From positions 1-15,999 of the forward strand of contig JAQGDQ010002069.1 of assembly GCA_030141605.1 (NCBI GenBank): a stretch of 15,999 nucleotides of DNA, in the 5' to 3' direction. Below the pieces are notes generated by a model, which had not been told where the DNA came from, did not search any database, and worked only from the letters and a program-made list of their open reading frames with translations. Every line of letters starts with the position of its first letter. The stretch's first letter is position 1. Both the position numbers and the translations under genes were made by a program. Positions 11,401 to 15,999 of the stretch are shown here, in pieces. Origin of the DNA: Tubiluchus corallicola (taxonomy: Eukaryota > Animalia > Priapulida).

Positions 11401-14400
11401 AGGGCCTTACTAGGGCCTTTAATATATAAAGATACTAAGGGCCTTACTAGGGCCTTTAATACATAAAAATTCTTACTAAGGACCTCACTAGGGCGTCTAA
11501 TACATAAAAATACTTACTAAGGGCTACAATTAACTTTTTTAAAGTCGTGAACAAGGGAAGGTTTCGGCGGCTCGGGCGGCTTCGGAGGAAGTAGATGTCG
11601 CTCCTGCAGCAAATTCACGGGACGCGCTGCATCCTGCAAACCCATGCTGGCAAACTCCGCTGTCAATCCCGGCGGATAAGGCGTGCCGTCTCCGGGCTGT
11701 CCTTGTGTAGTGGCTCCGCCAAGTGGCGGCGGCTGGTACTGCTGAACCGGAGCCTGAGGCTGACTATAAGCCGGCTATAAGAAAAGAATGATAAAGGAGA
11801 CAAATTATTTTGATAACAAACCAAGTCAGTGACTTAAGACACGTTCAGACGAGAAAGTTTTCTCACCAAATTAACTCGCCAAGTAACTCGCAAACATGTT
11901 CAGACTTGTACAGGCTGCTGCGAGCTACTCTCACACGGTAAGCGCTAGTTCACACTCGCTTCTCTATTCATAGTGAGAAATGTTTTGGGCACATTGCAAA
12001 ACACTACACTACATTCTCGACTCGTGATCTTGAAATGCATGAAACGCTCTCCCCTTCTTTTTTTAGTTAGTGATTGGACAATCTGTGTCATGTGACTTGA
12101 AAACTTACCTAGTGTGAAGGATTTTAGGTTATTTTATTACTTCAGTGTTCTCTCATTCTGTAACCCCCCCCCCATACTGTCCTTTTACTGCATTCGTATC
12201 TATGTCTTGACTTGGCTTCTTTCTGTCATGCTCCACTGACAGAGCTAGTTTACCTGGTCTGTTGGCAGTCTGTTCTTGGTTAAGAAAGTTTCATATGGAT
12301 TCTATGCAATAAAATTATCACCACTACCACTACCACCACTACTACCACAACCACTATTATTATTACTACAACTACTACAATTACCACTATTGTTGTAACT
12401 CCAAATAATGAGGCATAAGTTGCTTATCTACTTTTTTCTTAAGAGCATACTAGTCGACTTACGACTACAGTCGGAACGAGCAGATTAGTTGGAAGACGAC
12501 TTGGATGCTAGTTAGACCCATATGTTCAGTTTAGTAGCGATAGTCCAATGCAAAATCTTGAGCACACTGAGTATTGCAGCGCCAAAGGAAAGCGTTCGTG
12601 ATTTAAAATTTATTTCTTTGAAAAATAGAAGTTGTGTGTTGAAATTAGTCTTGTATGATTAATTAAGTTGTGGTTAAGCCATAAAGTTCAACAGTCGTAA
12701 ACTGATTTAAGTCGGTGACTATCATCAAAACTTTAAACTCTACATACATAAAATCTAACTTAACAAATTGCACCCTGCACCCTGTGCCAGCATACACCAT
12801 GCACCACGCTCTGTGCCAGCATACACCATGCACCACACTCTGTGCCAGCATACACCATGCACCACACTCTGTGCCAGCATACACCATGCACCACGCTCTG
12901 TGCCAGCATACACCATGCACAACGCTCTGTGCCAGCATACACCATGCACTACGCTCTGTGCCAGCATACACCATGCACTACGCTCTGTGCCAGCATACAC
13001 CATACACCACGCTCTGTGCCAGCATGCTCAGCTTCTACAAAGCAATCAATACGTCACGAATAGTAAAACACGAGGACTCCATAAAATGTTACGGAATCCC
13101 GATCTGAATAACTTCAAACATATAAGAAATAATGCCTTTAATCTTACCATTTGAGGGTAATGCCGCGGACCAGCCGGCCCACCTACGGGCGGACGTTGCT
13201 CACCATATTGCGGGGGAGGCCCCACAGGAGGCGGTTGTACGGTGTAAGGTTGTTGTGGACCTGAAGGCGGTGGCATTTGTCCTGCGAAGGGTTGCTGCTG
13301 ACCTGGCGGTTGAGGGGTGTGTCCAGCTGAAAACAAAGAAAATTTTAAATTTTAAGGACAATGTCTGCTGGCCAGGCGGGTTGAGGGGTGTGTTCTCACC
13401 CAATGAAAATCCTTCTAACAATGCACTTTTACAACCCAGCCAATAGGGATTCAGCTGACAATGTACTACTCTAACTCAGTGAAAATTGTCCTAACATGTC
13501 AAACTAAATTTACAACAAACATTTGACTGTGCAGTCATTTGCTGTGACAAATCTTCATTCTGCACAAACCAGTCGCCATGGCAACAAATGTGATGTTAAA
13601 TCCATTTATGTCCATGTTACACAAACGACTCCAGCTTTCAGTTTTTATTTACTAGCATCTAGAAATTCAACAATTTAAAGGTTTGTGAATAAAATGAGTC
13701 ACCTTGCAAAATATTTCAATTAACATTCACGTTTTTGTGCCTTCTATAATACATTTTATGCTTGAAAAGTAGTCAGCGATGATGCTGTCACGTGATTGCA
13801 AACTTAATCGTCGTTGAACGGTGAGAGATGAACGCTGAAAGTAGCAACTGTTTTTGTTTTCTAGAATCTGGCTTCCAGCATTTGCAGCCAAAATCTCTGG
13901 CTTCGTCACAATACTAGCGATGCTCCAGATAAACATTTTGCCTGACAGCAAATGTCTTGAGTCATCTAAGATTTCTACAAATTCACTTCCAGATTCAGAT
14001 TATAACCGGACAGATTAGCTAAAGTCGAATCGAATATTCGGTTCAATTCGGATAGAGGCCTCAGTGATTTCACTTATATTATTATTACATTATTTCATAT
14101 TTAGTAAATTCATTTAGTCTGTCATCTTAAATGATCCTAGTTTAGATACTTTAGAAGTTATTAAGCATAATCTGAAAGGAGAATAAGAAGTAACTTAATG
14201 AGAAGCATATTCTTAATGAAATGAGAATATAATATAATATGATATAAATAATAATATAAACATACGTCAACTTTGATGTTGTTATAATTACTCTTTTATT
14301 CATAAATTCTCTTCTTCTTCAAGACCTCATTATATCTAATGTAGACACTGAGATTCGTAAATTTGCGTATTTGCAATCCAGATTACTGAGTTTAGCAGTT

Positions 14401-15912
14401 ATGGGAAATCTTTAGTTTACAGTTTGAGAGATTGTTCGTTGTCTGCCACTACATGAAGGTATGCCGTATTACCACAGTACATGAAGGTACAACGTATTAC
14501 CAAGCTATGTGAAGGTACACCATATTATCACGCCACGTGAAGGTACACCATATTACCACAGTACGTGAAGGTACACCATATTATCACACCAGGTGAAGGT
14601 ACACCATATTACCACAGTACGTGAAGGTACACCATATTATCACACCAGGTGAAGGTACACCATATTATCACACTACGTGAAGGTACACCATATTATCACA
14701 CCAGGTGAAGGTACACCATATTACCACAGTACGTGAAGGTACACCATATTATCACGCCAGGTAAAGGTACACCATATTATCACACCAGGTGAAGGTACAC
14801 CATATTATCACACCAGGTGAAGGTACACCATATTATCACACCAGGTGAAGGTACACCATATTACCACAGTACGTGAAGGTACACCATATTATCACACCAG
14901 GTGAAGGTACACCATATTATCACAGTACGTGAAGGTACACCATATTATCACACCAGGTGAAGGTACACCATATTACCACAGTACGTGAAGGTACACCATA
15001 TTATCACACCAGGTGAAGGTACACCATATTACCACAGTACGTGAAGGTACACCATATTATCACACCAGGTGAAGGTACACCATATTATCACACCAGGTGA
15101 AGGTACACCATATTATCACACCAGGTGAAGGTACACCATATTACCACAGTACGTGAAGGTACACCATATTACCACAGTACGTGAAGGTACACCATATTAC
15201 CTCGCTATGTCAAGGTACACCATATTATCACGCCACGTGAAGTTAAACCGTATTACCACGCTAAGGTGAAGGTATACCATATTATCATGCTACGTGAAGG
15301 AACACCGTATTACCACACTACGTGAAGGAACACCGTATTACCACACTACGTGAAGGTACACCATATTACCACACTACGTGAAGGTACACCATATTACCAC
15401 ACTACGTGAAGGTACACCATATTACCACACTACGTGAAGGTACACCATATTACCACACTACGTGAAGGTACACCGCATTACCACACTACGTGAAGGAACA
15501 CCGCATTACCACACTACGTGAAGGTACACCATATTACCACACTACGTGAAGGTACACCATATTACCAGACGTCAACTGTAAAATTTACGTCTAACGTAAT
15601 CGCAGCCTAAAATATCTGAATTTTTTTTGGTAGTAGTTTATTTATTTATTTATTTTCGTCTGCTGAATTATACGTAAACCGTTTTTAATGGTATATTAGG
15701 AAAGCAGGATGGCGACTATTTGTGAATCTGGATGCTTGGTCTATATCACAGGTATTAAAAATGTTTTTATCAGCATAAAAACACTAGATCTTGCATGAAC
15801 AGAGCGTACAGTAAAGTCGTCTTACCTGATCCTGGCCATTGCCCCTCTATTTCATCATATCTCTGTGTCGGTAGCGGAGAAGGGTTCCTAGAGGATCTTT
15901 CCGATGTCGGCT
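3662..15912 (-). CDS. Sec24AB: Protein transport protein Sec24A/B-like (COPII inner coat cargo adaptor), partial multi-exon gene: join(15826-15912,13148-13326,11518-11774,10245-10347,8584-8710,7153-7262,5898-5964,3662-3826)
   Basis: Eight exons with canonical GT-AG borders and matching phases give a continuous frame: ...[11 protein letters not shown]...[91 protein letters not shown]...[44 protein letters not shown]...[16 protein letters not shown]...[11 protein letters not shown]. These motifs are recognisable Sec24A/B sequence. Both gene ends are outside the window. Confidence 0.95.
3811..4882 (-). repeat. 27 bp tandem array derived from the acceptor junction of exon 3662-3826, about 40 copies
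   Basis: Minus-strand unit GTTTGTTGCAG|GTTATTTGCAGCTGTT = last 11 nt of intron + first 16 nt of exon; two 24 bp variants near 3980 and 4382. Confidence 0.95.
4886..5425. repeat. 29 bp tandem array, about 18 copies (AATAACAGCTGCAATGAAWGGAAAAATGA)
   Basis: Period 29 (4912, 4941, 4970); shares the AATAACAGCTGYAA core with the adjacent 27 bp array. Confidence 0.95.
5498..5875. repeat. 16/32 bp minisatellite (GTTATGACTAATATAA / GTTATGGCTTGTATAA)
   Basis: Two related 16-mers, mostly alternating. Confidence 0.9.
5898..5964 (-). CDS. Sec24AB: Sec24A/B exon, start of trunk domain (67 nt, phase 0-1)
   Basis: tttcAG acceptor and GTAAG donor; [22 protein letters not shown]. Confidence 0.95.
7153..7262 (-). 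CDS. Sec24AB: Sec24A/B exon (110 nt, phase 1-0)
   Basis: tttcttacAG acceptor and GTGAGT donor; [37 protein letters not shown]. Confidence 0.95.
7322..7655. repeat. Degenerate ~20 bp repeat with ACAAACAAGTA core
   Basis: Recurrent ACAAACAAGTAC/T motif at irregular spacing. Confidence 0.75.
8105..8428. repeat. Compound microsatellite (TAT)n / (TACTAT)n
   Basis: Directly visible. Confidence 0.98.
8584..8710 (-). CDS. Sec24AB: Sec24A/B exon, Sec23/Sec24 zinc finger (127 nt, phase 0-1)
   Basis: tttcAG acceptor and GTGAGT donor; [42 protein letters not shown] with CxxC...CxxC. Not in the ORF track. Confidence 0.95.
9014..9500. mobile_element. MITE/foldback-like non-autonomous DNA element with terminal inverted repeats and subterminal TCAAATGT repeats
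   Basis: Left ATTATAGGTTTTACATGTCAAATGTAGAC (from 9014) is the reverse complement of right GTCTACATTTGACGTGTAAAACCTATAAT (to 9500) with one mismatch. ~20 bp TCAAATGT units run 9030-9255 and, inverted, 9430-9484. No ORF. Confidence 0.8.
10245..10347 (-). CDS. Sec24AB: Sec24A/B exon (103 nt, phase 2-0)
   Basis: ttttattttAG acceptor and GTAAGT donor; [34 protein letters not shown]. Confidence 0.93.
10953..11524 (-). repeat. 37 bp tandem array, about 15 copies, overlapping the donor junction of exon 11518-11774
   Basis: Unit TACTAAGGGCCTTACTAGGGCCTTTAATATATAAAGA, period 37 (11026, 11063). Confidence 0.95.
11518..11774 (-). CDS. Sec24AB: Sec24A/B exon (257 nt, phase 0-2)
   Basis: cttttcttatAG acceptor and GTAAGT donor; PAYSQPQAP...[36 protein letters not shown]. 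Confidence 0.9.
12318..12390. repeat. Imperfect (CCA/CTA)n microsatellite
   Basis: Directly visible. Confidence 0.8.
12782..13025. repeat. 29 bp minisatellite, about 8 copies (CTGTGCCAGCATACACCATGCACCACGCT)
   Basis: Period 29 (12782, 12811). Confidence 0.95.
13148..13326 (-). CDS. Sec24AB: Sec24A/B exon, Pro/Gln-rich region (179 nt, phase 1-0)
   Basis: gttttcAG acceptor and GTAAG donor; GC-rich island; [14 protein letters not shown]...[11 protein letters not shown]. Confidence 0.85.
14445..15567. repeat. 28 bp minisatellite, about 40 copies (GTGAAGGTACACCATATTAYCACA....)
   Basis: Period 28 (14537, 14565); three main unit variants. Confidence 0.97.
15826..15912 (-). CDS. Sec24AB: Sec24A/B exon, N-terminal low-complexity region (87 nt, phase 1-1)
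   Basis: ttgtttAG acceptor and GTAAG donor. Translates [28 protein letters not shown]; the YDEIEG motif resembles the Sec24A/B N-terminus. Phase matches the next exon. Confidence 0.75.
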
Positions 15913-15999
15913 CTAAACAAACGTGTGCAACCGTGATAACTTAAGCTACTTAATTCATTCATTATTAGTCTAATCACTACAAAAGCAAAAATTAAACAT

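Noticed and set aside
12663-13154. Overlapping His/Cys/Trp-rich ORFs on both strands
   Set aside because: Translations of the 29 bp minisatellite.
13132-13446. Plus-strand 104 aa ORF (likewise 11595-11780)
   Set aside because: Antisense shadow of GC-rich Sec24 exons.
14445-15567. CRISPR-like appearance of the 28 bp (and 23, 37 bp) repeats
   Set aside because: Units are head-to-tail with no unique spacers, there are no cas genes, and the context is a spliceosomal intron.

Overview
Eukaryotic (animal-like, AT-rich) genomic DNA holding an internal part of a minus-strand, intron-rich gene for the COPII coat cargo adaptor Sec24 (Sec24A/B subfamily). Eight GT-AG exons join in phase into 1095 nt of open frame, covering the Pro/Gln-rich N-terminal region, the CxxC...CxxC zinc finger and the start of the trunk (vWA-like) domain. 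The start codon and the downstream exons lie outside the window. Roughly 6 kb of the introns is tandem repeat, plus an internally deleted RTE-clade LINE with a twister-ribozyme-like 5' motif and a MITE-like inverted-repeat element. The most unusual signal is that several arrays are amplified copies of the gene's own splice junctions. Exon 3662-3826 is bracketed by about 40 copies of its acceptor junction (27 bp unit) and 8 extra copies of its last 82 coding nt plus donor (112 bp unit). Variation among the 112 bp units is almost entirely synonymous. Exon 11518-11774 also has its donor junction amplified (37 bp unit). The long ORFs in the supplied track are mostly repeat artefacts.
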